Source of the DNA: Owenia fusiformis
Taxonomy: Eukaryota
Length of the DNA stretch: 64,000 nucleotides
NCBI GenBank assembly: GCA_903813345.2
Contig: CAIIXF020000001.1
Coordinates: 4,464,001 to 4,528,000 of the forward strand
Reading direction: 5' to 3'
In this document: piece after piece, positions 14,148 through 29,205 of the stretch
Layout: each line of letters begins with the position of its first letter
How positions within the stretch are numbered: position 1 is the first letter of the stretch
The notes under the pieces: model-generated
The model's database searches: none
What the model saw: the letters and a program-made list of their open reading frames with translations, nothing else
Told to the model about the DNA's origin: nothing
Position numbers and translations under genes: made by a program

Positions 14148-14887
14148 CACTTGTGGGAGGTACGTACTTAGGGAGTCACAAGAGCTTTGTAGTTAGACTT
14201 GTTTCATATGTTTCCTTGACATCTGGCAATAGCCCACAGTAATGTTACAATAACAGCTTGTGATTAAATTAGAATTGTTTCAAGGATGTTGAAGCTTGAT
14301 AGAGGGGCTTTAGGGAACATTATACTTAAAATTTTATTATTTCCTTGTTGTCCCGTTTGTTTCGAATATGATAAGTTGTGATGTAATTTGCCATAACACT
14401 AAATGATGAATGAGATGGGGCGTGAATGAATCTTTAATAGGCAAAAACGCTATCCCAGTGAGACTTGACATGCGAGAGCTTTATGCATTTAGGAAACTTG
14501 ATAATATGGAAATAAGTTGATTAGCCTCAATGAATAATTTAGCTCCTCTTTGCCTGTTGAGAGGATGGTATAGACAAACCGTGCATGATGAATCACCCCT
14601 GAAACAATTTGATTTGTTCCTTTTTCTGTTCACCCAATGTTTCAACAAAGTCACTTTGACACAAGCATGGTAGGGGATGATTATTTATAGGGGATACATT
14701 CTGTTTGATTACAGTCTTGAGATACGTTCACGTATAAATACACCATTATAACTACTAATTCTCCCTATGGGCTTGACATATAGCTAAACCATGAAATTGT
14801 GTCCCACAATGTCACCTTCAGTAAGAGAGAAATAAACCCATGCTAGGGTATCTTATTGTTATATCATTTCATGAGAAAATACATATG

Positions 14888-15072
14888 CAGTAAAACCTGT
14901 ATATCCAAACACCTCTCTAATCTGAACACCTCTCAATTTGAACGCTTTTAGTCAGTCATATTTATTTTAATCTGGCATAGGCTTCCATTTTAAAAATCGT
15001 GAACATTGACCATCTAGGAATATGAACATTTTGGCTTGTCCCTGTGACGTTTGGATTAGACAGGTTTTACTG
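14888..15072. mobile_element. pogo/Tigger-like short MITE (CAGTAAAACCTG family)
   Basis: CAGTAAAACCTGTATATCCAAAC ... GTTTGGATTAGACAGGTTTTACTG|TA; related copies at 20735, 38620 and 5568. Confidence 0.75.
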
Positions 15073-15605
15073 TAGTCCTTTTCCTGATATTTAGTTAAGA
15101 GAATTAATGAGATAATTATGTTACAAGTAAACCCAAATTATTTATGTATTGGTATTATATGATGTTTGATGGGCTTTCTATATCCTCTTTTGCTATTGTC
15201 TAATATTTGAAATACAAGGTGACCCGAAACAACATACAAATATTTGAATTAAATACATGTGTTCTCCTTTTTTCACCCTATACATGGTATGTAAATTATA
15301 TTGAAATTACATTAGAACAGCTTTTTTAAAAGCAAATTTATTTACAAATAAGCAACTCTCACTCTATAAGAGTATATGTACTGTGTTCATAACCATATAT
15401 ACTTGTTGTCATAGTAATTGCAACATTTACCCTCTAGTCAATTGGTTATATTTATATAGCTGTCTCTAGATTGGTTTGATACCATGATTTGCAATTACAG
15501 GGTGATGTTATAATAATGTTAATGCTGCAACATTATGGCATCACTGCTTTGATAAACATGATGTTATACCTGGTCCTGAATATGTTATTCCAGCTTATGA
15601 ATATG

Positions 15606-15702
15606 ATGTAACATGTAGTGCTAGATATGGTTAACATGAAGTGCTAGATATTGTTAACATGTAGTGCTCAATATTATGAACATGTAGTGCTAGATAGTGT
15701 TA
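15606..15702. repeat. Short ~22-bp tandem repeat, about 4 copies
   Basis: AACATGTAGTGCTAGATATGGTT-like units. Confidence 0.7.
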
Positions 15703-18101
15703 CAGTTAAGAGTTGAACATTGAATGCCATGATTTTAAGGAAGTGCTTGAACTAATAGACTCTAATAGAAAGCACACTGAGGAACTTTTGGACAGTAGAA
15801 GTTTTTGTATGTACATACCCTAGATTACATTTTGTTTGTGAAAGATTGCTAGTGTCAGAACTTAAGGGCAAGTTTGTAATTTCTATGTTTAGGGTAGAAT
15901 ACAAATAAACTTTGATCAATAGAACCATCAACATTTATAATCGTTTCATCTATACTCATTATATCATATGTAATCTCCAACATTGTTATACATTTACTTC
16001 ACATGTAGGCCTACTGTAAAAATCATTGATTATCTCCCATATGTGATATATATCCATATTTTGGGTGTATATATACCTAGTTTCCTCACCGGCACTAAAA
16101 TTCTTATTTTATTGTATGTGTATTTTCTGTTCAAAGTTGCCAACAAAGTAATTTTTTCATAATTTGTCTAATTTTCAAGTGATTGCATTGATTTACATAT
16201 GGGATGATGCAAGCCTATTTTTAAAACATCAAGTGGAAGCAGAACACACTTGCTTAAATATTAGGAAGATAATCTTATATATTGAGAGCATTCACCCTCA
16301 ATAAATCTTTAGCTCAAAGTAAGTCAATACTCACTAAAACTTAAGTTCTCATTAGTTTTCTGTGTAATCAGCCATTTTGCACCTGAAGTGTGCTACACGT
16401 GACCTTTTCAAGAAATAGCTGTTTTGTTATTTTAAGTATTGTTGGCAGGTTTACAGAAAACAATTAACTGCTTTCTTGTTTAGTTGTTTTGTACACATGC
16501 TCTGTTAACAATGATGAGCCATGATAAGAATGAAAAGATTCAAAATATAACCAAATTTAGAGGGAAATATAACTGATATGTTTTAAGACATGCTGCTTTA
16601 TCATTGCAGGCCAATGCCATTTCTGTAGAAGTGTTTGCACTTGTACTTTTTCAATGGTGGGTTTGGAAATCAAGAGGGGGGGGGGCAAAAGTGTGCAATA
16701 TGCTTGTGTGTGTGGTTAAGTGCATTTAGGCCCCAATTTTAAAATTTAATTCCTACTTTTTTTTGAAAGACCAAAATTTAAAAATAATGCCAGGTAATAC
16801 CAATCTGTTATCTATTTATAATTCAAAGATTTACAACAATCCAATTGTGCTATTCACAACCTCTACAATTCCCAAGCTTTAGATTAAGATTTTTTGTTAC
16901 TTTTTAAACAAAAATGTAAAATTCTGATCTTTTTTTGGAAGTCAGTGCTGGTATGTTGGAAACATGTACAAGGCTAGATGGCCGTAATGTTCATTTTAAC
17001 TAAGAGATCATAACTCACACTTTAGAGATATCTTTATCTGACCTTTCTTTGTATTTTGCACTAAACTCTACAATTCTTACATAACTAAGACTAGCAAGAG
17101 ATAATTAATCTATTAAAGAGGCAGTGTCTGATAGGAGCACAATTACAATACCTTCTTGATATTTTTTTGCATTAGAGATGTGAATTAGGTTAATTCATCT
17201 ATTTACCATGTGTCAGATACCGACTCCTACATTTACGGTGTCAATTTCATGAACAAAACTGGACAGTTGGAAATTCGGAAAGGAATTAAAAAACGCTCTG
17301 AATCTGATTTGGTCACTTGATGATGTTTGTGTCACATGACAGGATTTCCCTTTAATGGCTTTATGTTCAATTTTGATAGTTGATTGTTGTTCTCTTGATT
17401 TTCTAATATATATTTAAGGTATGTAAGATGCTAAATAAGCAATTATAATGGGACATTGATTGTCTGGGTGAGAAACATAACAGACAGTGTATCTATCAGT
17501 ACACTATTTTTATATGATGTTAAGATTTCTTTATCATTGTATGACATTTCAATTTTCTATAAATCTTTTCTTCATATTCAGTTGTATGTGAACTGCCAGA
17601 TGCAGATGCCTGATTTTAAGCTTCCAATATCTTAATTGTAAAAATCCAATTATGTAATCACCAGCAAGCATATGATCTGATTTCCTCATTTCTTGGAATC
17701 AACAATCTGTTTTACAACATTCACATAAATCTTATTTGAGCTAATTAGTATTCTCCCAAAGATTAACAGTTAAGTATGATAGAGAAGTTACTCCTGATCG
17801 GCCCATTGTGAAAAATGATGCCAAATTATCCAGAACTGTACACGAAACATTAATTTGCTTTGCTGGTAATCTCCACGAGGAAATGAGGCATATTTGTCAG
17901 TTTGGGAAATATCCAATTTGGTATTCCCTTAAGCAACTACTTGCTTTTATTACACGTTCTTCATCCTTGGTGTTACCTCTTGGAAATATTTATCTTTAAC
18001 CTTTATGAACTCTTGCTCTTTAAAGATATTGAAGATATTATTTCAATTGAATATTTTCGAAAAGATTACAAAGATTTTGCCTCGAGTGTTAAGTGTCGTT
18101 A

Positions 18102-18635
18102 TTATGTCGCCACCAAAAAGTGGTGACACATTGTTATGGTCTCTTTTTTTTTGTGGCGGCGGTTGTTTGCTTCAGTTTTTTTCAAAATCATATACAAGTT
18201 TTCAGAAGTTCAAATCGGGCTTTACATTTAAGATTTGACCTTCGATGATATTTTCAAGGTCAAAAAAGGTCAAAAAGGTCTTTTTTCAACTTTTTTCAAA
18301 TTGTCCTTTTTTCAAAATCCTCTAGAAATTCTCAAAAGTTCAAATCTGACTATAGATTTGACCTTCAGTGACATTATCGAGGTCAAAAAAGTTTTGACCT
18401 TTAATGACCTTCTCAAGGTCAAAAGGTATTTTCTCAATTGACCAATTTTTCTACAAGTTCTCAGAAGTTCAAATCTGATTTTAGATCAAAAAGGTATTTT
18501 TTCAACTTGCTTCAAATTGACTAATCTTTTTTCAAAATCATCAACAAGTTTTCAGAAATTCAAATCTGACTTAAGTTTGAACTAATAATATTGTCCGCAA
18601 CTAAATGGTGACATTTTGTCATGTTAATGCTTGTC
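18102..18635 (+). mobile_element. HINE/DINE-1-like (non-autonomous Helentron-type) element with internal tandem repeats
   Basis: 5' hairpin TGTCGCCACCAAAAAGTGGTGACA, internal repeats of CAAGTTCTCAGAAGTTCAAATCTGA...GATTTGACCTTC, 3' end GGTGACATTTTGTCATGTTAATGCTTGTC. Second copy at 25178. Confidence 0.65.
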
Positions 18636-18699
18636 TCTACATGGGATCAAACCTGAAGCCTGACTTATATAATGCATACATTGCCCTCATTGCCTTTAG

Positions 18700-19885
18700 T
18701 CTATTGTAGTGAGTCTTATATCTCGAGCCTAGTGAGCCTAGTGAGCCTTATGCATTACGTACTGAGTCTGATGCCTTGATTTGTGAGTCTTATGCATGGA
18801 TGAGTAACTATTATATTTGAGTAGTGAGTCATATGCATGGGCGAGTGTTTCTTATACCTTGAGTAGTGAGTCTCATGCCTTGACTACTGAGACTTATATA
18901 TTGACTAGTGAATCTTATGCCTTGATTAGTTAGTCTAATACCTTGAAAAGTTAGTCATATGCATGGAAGAGTGAGTCTTATACCTTGAGTAGTGAACTTT
19001 ATGCCTTGAGTTCTGAGTCTAATGCCTTTAGAAGTGAGTCTAATATCTTGAGTAGTGAGTCTTATGCATTGAGTACTGAGTCTTATACATTTAATAGTGA
19101 GTCTTATACCTTGAGTAGTGAATCTTATGCCTTGAGTTCTGAGTCTAATGCCTTTAGAAGTGAGTCTAATATCTTGAGTAGTGAGTCTTATGCATTGAGT
19201 ACTGAGTCTTATACATTTAATAGTGAGTCTTATACCTTGAGTAGTGAATCTTGTGCCTTGAGTTCTGAGTCTTATGCTTTTAGTAGTGAGTCTAATATCT
19301 TGAGTAGTGAGTCTTATACATTTAATAGTGAGTCTTATACATTTAATAGTGAGTCTTATACCTTGAGTAGTGAATCTTATGCCTTGAGTTCTGAGTCTTA
19401 TGCCTTTAGTAGTGAGTCTTATACCTTGAGTAGTGAATCTTATGCCTTGAGTTCTGAGTCTTATGCCTTTAGTAGTGAGTCTTATACCTTGAGTAGTGAA
19501 TCTTATGCCTTTAGTTCTGAGTCTAATGCCTTTAGTAGTGAGTCTAATATCTTGAGTAGTGAATCTTATACATTTAATAGTGAGTCTTATACCTTGAGTA
19601 GTGAATCTTATGCATTGAGTACTGAGTCTTATACATTTAATAGTGAGTCTTATACCTTGAGTAGTGAGTCTTATGCATTGCGCACTGAGTCTTATACATT
19701 TAATAGTGAATCTTATACCTTGAGTAATGAATCTTATGCCTTGAGTACTGAGTCTTATGTCTTTAGTACTGAGTGTAATATCTTGAGTAATGAGTCTTAT
19801 ATATTTAGTAGTGAGTCTTATACCTTGAGTATTGAGTCTTATGCCTTTAGTAGTGAGTCTAATACCTTGTGTGGTGAGTCTATAT
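18700..19885. repeat. 21-bp minisatellite, more than 50 copies
   Basis: Unit AGTAGTGAGTCTTATGCCTTG with variants; degenerate at the left edge. Confidence 0.95.
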
Positions 19886-20734
19886 TTGTGATTATATCAA
19901 CAACATTCAACTTAAAATAAACCTCATTCCAAGTAAATGATCTCACCTCAGTTTATGTCTAACAGGTTGAAAGATCTGATTCAGATTCCAAAGTCTCTTA
20001 CTACTATATTGCCAATGTTTGATTAGACAATCCAAAACAGAGCAGACTTTTCACTTGTATTATACCATTTCAAAGGGACTAGAAGAGATTCAGACGAGTT
20101 GAGAGTAAGCTTAAAGAAATGTTACAATTTTACAATACTGTTTACTCTCATCGTCATTCTATGTTTTGCCTATTTTCCAAAAAGTCTCACTTTATTTCGG
20201 GATAGTCCTTCAATCTGTAAGGTTATCTGGCACAAAATTGAAAAAGGGGATGTCCACTTTCTCAATTGTCATGAATTTGGACATTTCTGTAACCTAATAC
20301 GATAAACAACATGTCTAAGGTTTAGAATTTGTTCTTTGTACAAAACGGCAAAGGCATTTATTTTATAACATGTTTATGGTATGATTTATAATGAACAGCT
20401 GGATCTATAATATTTTATTGCAATTCGTCAATGCCAATTTTTATTGTTCATTCAGCAGTTCAATGTCAATGCAATAACTCAGTTTAGTAGTTGCACTCAT
20501 TCTGAGATCCACAGCTTGTACAATCCTTTTGAGTGCTAGCTCACATGCAGGAGATAATGGAAATAATTACTCTGTCAGTGAAGTATGATGAGCAACTTTT
20601 ATTTAACCATGTTGTTCCCATCAAAACTTGAATTCTCTTACAAAGATAGATTACAGACTTGTTAGATTTCTATATGGGCTAATTTTGCAAAAGTTGTTGA
20701 ACTTATCACAGATTGACTCCAATTGAAGCCAGTA

Positions 20735-20920
20735 CAGTAAAACCTGTATATCGGAACACCTGTCTAATCTAAACACCTTTCAATATGAACACTTTTTCTT
20801 GGTTCCACTATTATTGTCTCACATCGACTCATATATTAAGAAACCTTGAAATGTGAACACCTGCTAATCTGAACACTCTTGGCCAGTTCCAATAGCATTC
20901 AGATTAAACAGGTTTTACTG
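20735..20920. mobile_element. pogo/Tigger-like short MITE (same family)
   Basis: TA|CAGTAAAACCTGTATATCGGAACAC ... TTCAGATTAAACAGGTTTTACTG; internal GAACAC repeats. Confidence 0.75.
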
Positions 20921-23900
20921 TTATGGTATGTTGTGACTACATGCATAACATATTGATCACATTTTTATTGAGGAAATGCCTGTTTTGATATGATATCACG
21001 CAAGAAAATATTTAAAACCAATCAAGTATTTTGTTAAATGTGTGTCTCTATTGATTTATATTTGTATTGCTGTTTCATTGATGGCTTCTCAGCAGGTTAT
21101 CTCTGCTCTGGGGATTTCAAGAAAATCATTCACCTAACCCTACTAGTATCACATCAATAATGTCTAGAAGTTTTGAATTCCTTGTTTCATTGTAACAATG
21201 ACTTGTATTTAACACTCCCATCCATCATGGTAAGCCATGCCTTCGCAATCTCTGTCCCATATGATACAAAAGAAAGATGCTATGAGTATCAGAATGACTT
21301 CCAGCTTCAACACTCAAGATTCATTGTCCTCATTTACTTTTTGAAAACTTGTTTATTCAGTATTTATTATCAAGTATCTTTTGTTAAAAGGATAGAAATA
21401 TAGTCTCAAATGAATATGAGTAAATCCTTAAATCATTCTGAAAAAGGAAAAGGCAACTTTCTCCAGTATAAAGGAACAAAAACAATGAACTTGATCATAT
21501 GAACTCTTATTTGATGAATGGATATTTAATTAAAGTAAGTGTGTGTGGTACAAGGAAATTATGTCGCAACTTTCAGATCAAGTGTTATAAAACATCGGAA
21601 GTCAGCGCCGTATGGAAGGGAAATAAGATGATAATTGAAAAAACGACTGCATTCAATTAAGTTCAAAGTGTGATTTATCTCGCAAATAAATAACGCAAAA
21701 GTCATTGACTTTATTCCGCTCCATGACGTAACATATTCATTTCTGATTGGTTCAAATTGATAAAGTAGATGAATAACTGCTAGTAATATGTTATAGGATA
21801 TCAATATTAAGGTAGGTCATGCACAGTAAGTTTTTGCAACATATGCATGTAAGGTTACATGTTAAAGGTTTAAAGTTAGTCAGAATACTCATTGTTCATG
21901 TCTTAAGTTCTGATTTATTAGAGTCCCCTTTGTCTTACATTCTATCCCAGAGAGACTAAGAACCCATGTTCATGAACTACCTTAAACCAATATTTCTGTT
22001 CAATAAAATAAAACATATTTCTCGTCCTTTTTACAGCAGTCATACCATAGTAAAGCCATTCAAAGTTTAATGTATGTTTAATATTACCTTCTTTCTGATT
22101 GAAGAAAATTTTAAAAACATTTGAAATGGTCTAATTTGACAATAGATTAACATGAGGAAGTAATTATTTTTCATTATATTTCACGTCTTATTTTTTACAG
22201 AACAAGCAAATAAATTAAATTAACTCTCTCTCTTCACTCATCAGTATATGAGAGAAGTGGGGGAAATAATCCCAACATTAAATGCAAAGATGTAAAGGGC
22301 TATAAATAAGTCCAGAAATATCACAAGATATTATTCTGTTTGATTCTATGCAATTACAATTGTTCCAGCAAATTATGTCTTATTACAATATTATTGCAAC
22401 ATGTAACGACAGAACTGCTGAGATCAACGCCATTTATTTCAATGAAGTAGAAAATTGACAAAGGCCTTTAATTTAATTAGTTCTTAAAAAGACTTGAAAG
22501 TGTTAATTGATATTTATATCCATCAGGCATGGTATAGATCTATTATTTACCATTGATTGTATGAGAGGATACAGCCTTAAGGTTATCACACACAAAATGT
22601 ACAAAATAAAAAGGCTATGTTCGTTACTGGTTGTGACCCCATATGACATAAAAAACATGATATCTGTATTGTTTATCATATAATCATCAGTGTCTTGCAA
22701 TTTAGCAATAAATGGACAAATCCACAGGTGTAACTTGAAACATCCACTGGAAAGGCGACATCAGATGTACACTAAGTTCAAAGGTCATTAGCATCTGAAT
22801 TAACATGTATGCGCAAAACAGATATGACAGGTTCTCACCTAATCGTTTTGTAAACAAGCTGTAAGAAAATTGTTTAGTCGATTACCTTGAATGACATTTG
22901 ATTTGATATGAATTGATATTGATGGTTAAGTTTCTATCAAGTGCAATGACACTTATCCAAGAACACCAAATTTTATGGGGTCGTGACCTGGGAAAGGAAC
23001 ATAGCCTTAAGTAATATATGGGAAGGTCATTTTCATGTTTCTTCAGAAAAATTAGTTCCCAATGATTTGGTAAATGAATAGATGGATCTAACATTTGCAC
23101 ATACATGTATGTAACTTTCCTTCAGAATGTAAAAATTGGTGGCAGTTTCTGATATTTTCCAACTTCAATGAAAACTTTAAATAAGATGCATGCGAATTGT
23201 GTTTTTTACACAATTCATTTTTCTTGAATGATAAATCAATTGGTAAAATATATTTTGCAATATGAAGTCTAAAATTTAGAGATGAAATGTCAAACACCTT
23301 TCAGTTTTATAATATTTACTCGTAAAAGTCACGTTAATGCCATTTGAGCCTGCCTTTCAGTCAAACAGGGCAATCTAACATTGAAGAGTTTCTCACTTTC
23401 CAAGTTCCATTAGTGATATACCCTTGTATGAGCGAGTACCAAGCTTAGGGATAACAAAATCAATATGACATTTGCAGAAGTAGGGGATCTTATGAATGAG
23501 GGTAATTAGAATGAAAAGAAAAATCTTTCCACCAAAAAACATTAATGCTTAGAACACAAACTGACAAGTGGTCCATAAGGAGGAGATGGAATCTCTGGAT
23601 GCATTCACTTAAAAGAGGAAATCATGTTAGCAAGGCCTAATCTGTATTAGGACTTAGTAATACTCGGAGAATGACAAGGCAATGTCCATTGAGACTTGGG
23701 AACTCTACAGTTGCTATTAAAGTAGACATCACATATAACTCATGTAGAATTATTCTGTTTAAGCCACCTTTGGGAAAACACTTAACTCAAAATGTAGTTA
23801 ATACAACATTGTAATGTGCATGGTAGACAGAAAGTAAGATTTATTTTGCAATAAAATTATGGAAGAGCTGAAAGGAAAACGCTCTTGTCAACGTTTTCTT

Positions 23901-25177
23901 GAAAAACAAATGATTTGTGGTCAGTTTGAGCTTATAAAAGGTCTTCTTCTTTTTAAGAAAGACATAAACCAGGACATAGAATTACCACTGCATTATGCAT
24001 TTTATAATGAAGTACTTTGTGTTTGGAAAGTTAATATACACAACAAGGAAACAATTATTAATATAGTATGTAAAGTTGATAAACATAATGAAAGGATTAA
24101 CTATTAATATATTACGCGACAAAGAATCAATTTATTAATCTGTCCAACTTCTTTATAGTTTTCATATCAATTATGTTAGTCCATAGCACATTATCTTGAT
24201 AGTAATAATAACTTTCATATGAATTTATTAGATTTGCTTTTCCATTCGTTATCACACATATAGCAGTCTGGAGGAGGTTGCCGTGGTAACTAAATCTACT
24301 GTTGCTACGGTTTTGTCACAGATGTTTTTTGAAAGAGAAAATAAAGCTGTAATAACGTCACAGCTTGTCAATGAAATGTATTAGATTGATGGGGGTGGAT
24401 TAAAATGTAATTATCGCGCTATTCCCTCCATCACATTTCTTTTATAAATTAAGATTTAGTTTTTTTTTCAATGTGCTTGAATTATTTAGAATCTAATTTC
24501 TAGGATTCTCTTTCTGAACATTGCGCTTTATTATTACAATATGTTGCATTTACTGTGCATTTTCTTCATTTGATATTGCATTCATAATTTATTGTGTTTT
24601 GATGAGAATATTTCATGGTATGTAATTGAATAGCTCTTATAATTCTCTCTTGCACATATTATTATTTTCTATGATAGGGCATCCTTGTGAAAATATAATG
24701 ATTCTTAGTGGTTTTATCATCTTCTACCTTAAGCCGCTTAGTGTTTCATTCTGGAGTTTTTTGTTGTCACATTCTTATACTAAGGTTGTGTCTAATTATC
24801 AACAGTTTTAGGGAAATGAAGTTCTTTCCATCAGATGATGATATTGTTAGTGAAGAGTCGTTTTTTGAATATTCAAGTGACATACAAATCAACTAATAAG
24901 GGGGAGGGAGGACTGCAACAAAATTTGCTTCATATTTCTTTTTTTTATAATCTTGTTAACATTTTTTATAAGAGAGAAGGGGCAAGTCTAATTATATTTC
25001 TCAGATAATATTATTTCTTCAAGATGGTGTTTTGAGAATGATAAGTGATATACTCTTGTGTTGTTTCTGTGTTAAAAATATATTTGGAAAAATTGCTTTA
25101 AGCGATCATTTTTTTGCTTTTCTGTAATAGCTGAACAGTGAACACCTTTCCCAAATCAATCCTGTTATAATATTTTT

Positions 25178-25731
25178 TTATGTCACCACCAAAAAGTGGT
25201 GATGTTGTTATGGTCTCCATCTTTTTGATGGTGGCTGGCGGTTTCTTAATTTTTTTCAAAATCATCTACAAGTTTTCAGAAGTTCAAATCTGACTTTATA
25301 TTTTAGATTTGACCTTTTCAAGGTCATAAAAGGTTAAAAAGGTCAAACAGTTTTTTTCAAGTTGCTTCAAATTGACCAATTTGTTTTCAAAATCATCTAC
25401 AAGTTCTTAAAAGTTCAAATCTGGCTATAGATTTGACCTTCAATGACCTTCTTAAGGTCAAAAATGTATTTTTCATGTTTCTTCGAATTGACCAATTTTT
25501 TTCAAGATCAACTACAAGTTCTCAGAAGTTTACATCTCTCTTTAGATTTGAGATTTCACCTTCAATGACCTTCTCAGGGTAAAAAAGGTCCTGTTCAACT
25601 TGCTTCAAATTTGACAATTTTTTTTTTCAAAATTATGTACAAGTTCTCAGAAATTCAAATCTGACTTAAGAATGAACTCATAATATTGTGAGCACTTAGG
25701 TGGTGACATTTTGTCATGTTAATGCCTTGTC
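25178..25731 (+). mobile_element. HINE-like element, second long copy
   Basis: Same 5' hairpin after a T-run, same internal repeats and 3' terminus as the 18102 copy. Confidence 0.65.
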
Positions 25732-28700
25732 TATTATGTATGTTCTTCCCTAGCAGCCCTTTATATTCAATTTCTCTATAAATACAATAGTTGAACAAAT
25801 CTTAATATCTATCAATGCTCTTCATCCCCTTCATGTTTCCTTTGTCATTCTATTATTTTACTCTATGATTCCTCTATGATTTCTCTATTATTCTTCTATG
25901 ATTTCCCAAACATTCCTCTGTTATTTCGACCTATCATTTGTTATTCCTTCACCATCACTGTAATGTATTTTCATCTTTCAACTCCCAATTGTTTTTTAAT
26001 CATTCATCATCTATTGTTCATAGAATTGAAGGAATTTGACTCTCAGATGGCATAGGCATCTCCATTGAATCAGCTTCCATCTGATTACATGTGAAGCAAC
26101 AACGGAAAAAATCACTTATCAGTCTATAAACAGCAATATTCAGATAACATCTTTCTGACAATGGTATACGTATACCTCTACAGTGAAAATATATAGACTG
26201 CAATGTGTCAAGTATTATCTTAAAGAAAATTAAATTTTTTAGTTACTGAGGAATGTATTCTGACACCCTGTATATTCCTTCTGAGAGAAACAGATCACAT
26301 CCGATATGCCCATAGCAAGAAGGTTTGGCGGATGTGTGGCTTTGACACCATCTAATATTTGGCACTAACCATTGCAGACACAATCAATTCTGTATTAGGG
26401 CCAGTTTTAGAAGTAATAAGGGTAAAAGCTAATTTTTCCATTTTCAAAAGTCCATTTTGCTATGCGGTTCAGTGGTCTAGAAGTCAAAAAGAAATTTATT
26501 TTGAGTTGAATTAAGTATGGACATTTTGAGTCAACCCTTACAATGATGAGAGATACAATCAAGGGATGATTGATGAGCCACAATTATAGCCTTGATAAAT
26601 TCCTAATCCCCAATTCCCTTCCATTTACCCTTTCTAATCCCTCTATTCCCTAAACATCAGCATAATCCCCCTCAGCTCTCGCTAAAACAGTGTTGAATAT
26701 TTAGAAATCAATGTCCTTAATTTATATGGATCTTATGTAGATCTTGGGACTGATGATTGCATATTTGCCTTGGTGCTCAGACTGATGTTGTATTTTGCTG
26801 GGAATTAGTTTAATGAAGAAAACAACATTTGGCCTTTAGTAAGACAAAAATTATCTTAAAACATGGTTAGGCAGAAAAATATTTTCAGCTTTGAAAGGAC
26901 ACAAAAATGTTGTTTTTCTGAAAAAAGTCTGGTTGAGGGAAATCTAGGTGACATTTAAATGTAATGGGCTGTTCCTTGCATGCAGGTTAACCGACTCAGA
27001 TGGTGCTAGACATATTGTTTTACATTAACTCTACATGTGTGCACATGTTTATAATGATCAATCTTGCATGCAAGGCCTAGATACCAGTCTGGTATTTGTA
27101 TTGTATTGATCCCCATTGTATAAATCAGTCCTATTATGCCTGAGTCAACTTCATCCTAAATCACACTAATGATGCTGCTAAAATTAAATACCGTTTTTAC
27201 TCTATATTCAGGCTCTCAAATGGGAAAAATCCCAAAGGAAATAATGTCATATTTCAGCAATCAGTTCTTAATTTCTTCATGATTTGTTCAATGGTCCTCA
27301 TATCTTTACACTGTGTTAGTGCATTTCCGGAAATGGAGTCATTATGCAGTAATTTAAAAGTAAATTAAGCAATCATGTCAGACTTGAAATCAGTGTTTTT
27401 CTAACGTCATCCGACTACTCCTAGTAAAAAAATTGTGAAACGGCGACTCCCTTTGGGAAAAGTGTCTGCCAGGAAATACTGAGTATAACAATACTAGACC
27501 TTAACAATACCTGATATTTATCTATTATAATAGTATGTAGTACTATTCTAGCATGTATTCCAAGGGTGTTTCCCAGGAGCACAATCCCAAGTCAATATGT
27601 GAGCTCCTTCTTCAATAACTACATATCTTTACTTTCCGGACACCCTGTATATATACGGCCAGAAAAATGTACATGTATTACTTTCAATATTTTGTCTACT
27701 ATTGGTTTTTAAGGTTATTTTATTTCCATATTAATATACATCACGTGATGACATAATGGTCAATATTATATAAATAGTAATAAATAAATAATTATGATAA
27801 ATAGTCTCCTATTGTTTGTTAAAATCAACCTGTTTTTCAGACCAAGTCGTGCAGTAAAATGTTCAGATCAATTGATTAATTGCAAAAACATGGCTGATTT
27901 CGATATTATGACAAGTTGTCTGGTTGCCATTCTATCCCTGGATGGCATGATCTGTGTTCAATAATAATGCTACAATTACAAACTATGTTATGCTGTGGCT
28001 TGAAACAACACTACATTCCTAGACACAATAAAATACCATCTGGCAATAGTCCATTCAATTGATACAATATACATTCAATTTATTCTTGCAGAATATCATA
28101 AATTAATCTGTCAGTTAAGACTTGGTTTTCTTTGTTTGGCTCATCGATGATGCTCAGCAGAAAAAATGCATTTGCATCAAATCTGTGTACTGTTTACTAG
28201 ACTGGATGGTAAGATTGATCACATTAGCTGTAGTATTGTTTAAACTTGGGGCAGTGTACTAGGCTCTATCATAATAGAGATTATCCCACTAAATAAACTT
28301 ACTTTTAAGATATAGAGAAACGGTGTCTGTTTGTCTGTCTTTTCATCCATAGCTTATCTATAGTGTCTGGGTGATGAATACTGATTGATTTTCACATTTG
28401 GTTTAAAATTAGACCTTCATTCAATATGGCCACATGCTTCAAAATGGCTGACATTTCAATAAAAAAATAATCTTTGGCTTAATTTTGAATATTTATTTAC
28501 CATCATATATTTTAGTTAATGGCGCAATAACACTTCAGTGCAATAGAGCCAGTTCAGATTATTATGTCAGAGATGTGTTTTTTTGCCAAAGCGGGACATT
28601 TCTACTGCTTGGTTATAACTGTCATGAAAAATTCAAAATGAGGAGTGATTGTGATAAAAAATATATTTTATAAAATTATATAGCAGGACTAAGGTCCGTA

Positions 28701-29071
28701 GCCAGCTTTTCCCAAGGGGACTGCACATCGGGGTTCACATTGGCACATATCACTTGAAAAGTGCTCAGAATGGTGAAAAACGACATTATTTTGAAAGAAT
28801 TTTTGGACTTTCTACTCTGTTGAGTTGCTGTTTTTCTAGTTACACTGGCTGTAGTGCTGTTAGGTATTGGGGCTGTATACTAGTGTGTGTTGAGATTGGA
28901 TTGGTTATTCTGACTCTAGGAGTGTTTGATTAGTATGAACATAGATTGTGTAACACAAATTAACTTGTTAAGATAAATTGCAAGTTTTTACATCATGAAA
29001 TAATAATCATAATCTACATGAAATTCTTTGTCTTCCCAGTCTATCCACCAGTTTATGGATCTTGAAGGTAA

Positions 29072-29205
29072 AGAGGGTGGGAGGGGGTAGAGAGGTTATA
29101 AGTATTTATTCATGTAGAGAGGGTGGGAGGGGGTAGAGAGGTTATAAGTATTTATTCATGTAGAGAGGGTGGGAGGGGGTAGAGAGGTTATAAGTATTTA
29201 TTCGT
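29072..29205. repeat. 46-bp tandem repeat x3, G-rich
   Basis: AGAGGGTGGGAGGGGGTAGAGAGGTTATAAGTATTTATTCATGTAG starting at 29072, 29118 and 29164. Confidence 0.95.

Noticed and set aside
26255-27655. Isolated CACCCTGTA Tc1-like right ends at about 26270 and 27648
   Set aside because: No matching left TIR found, so element boundaries cannot be supported.
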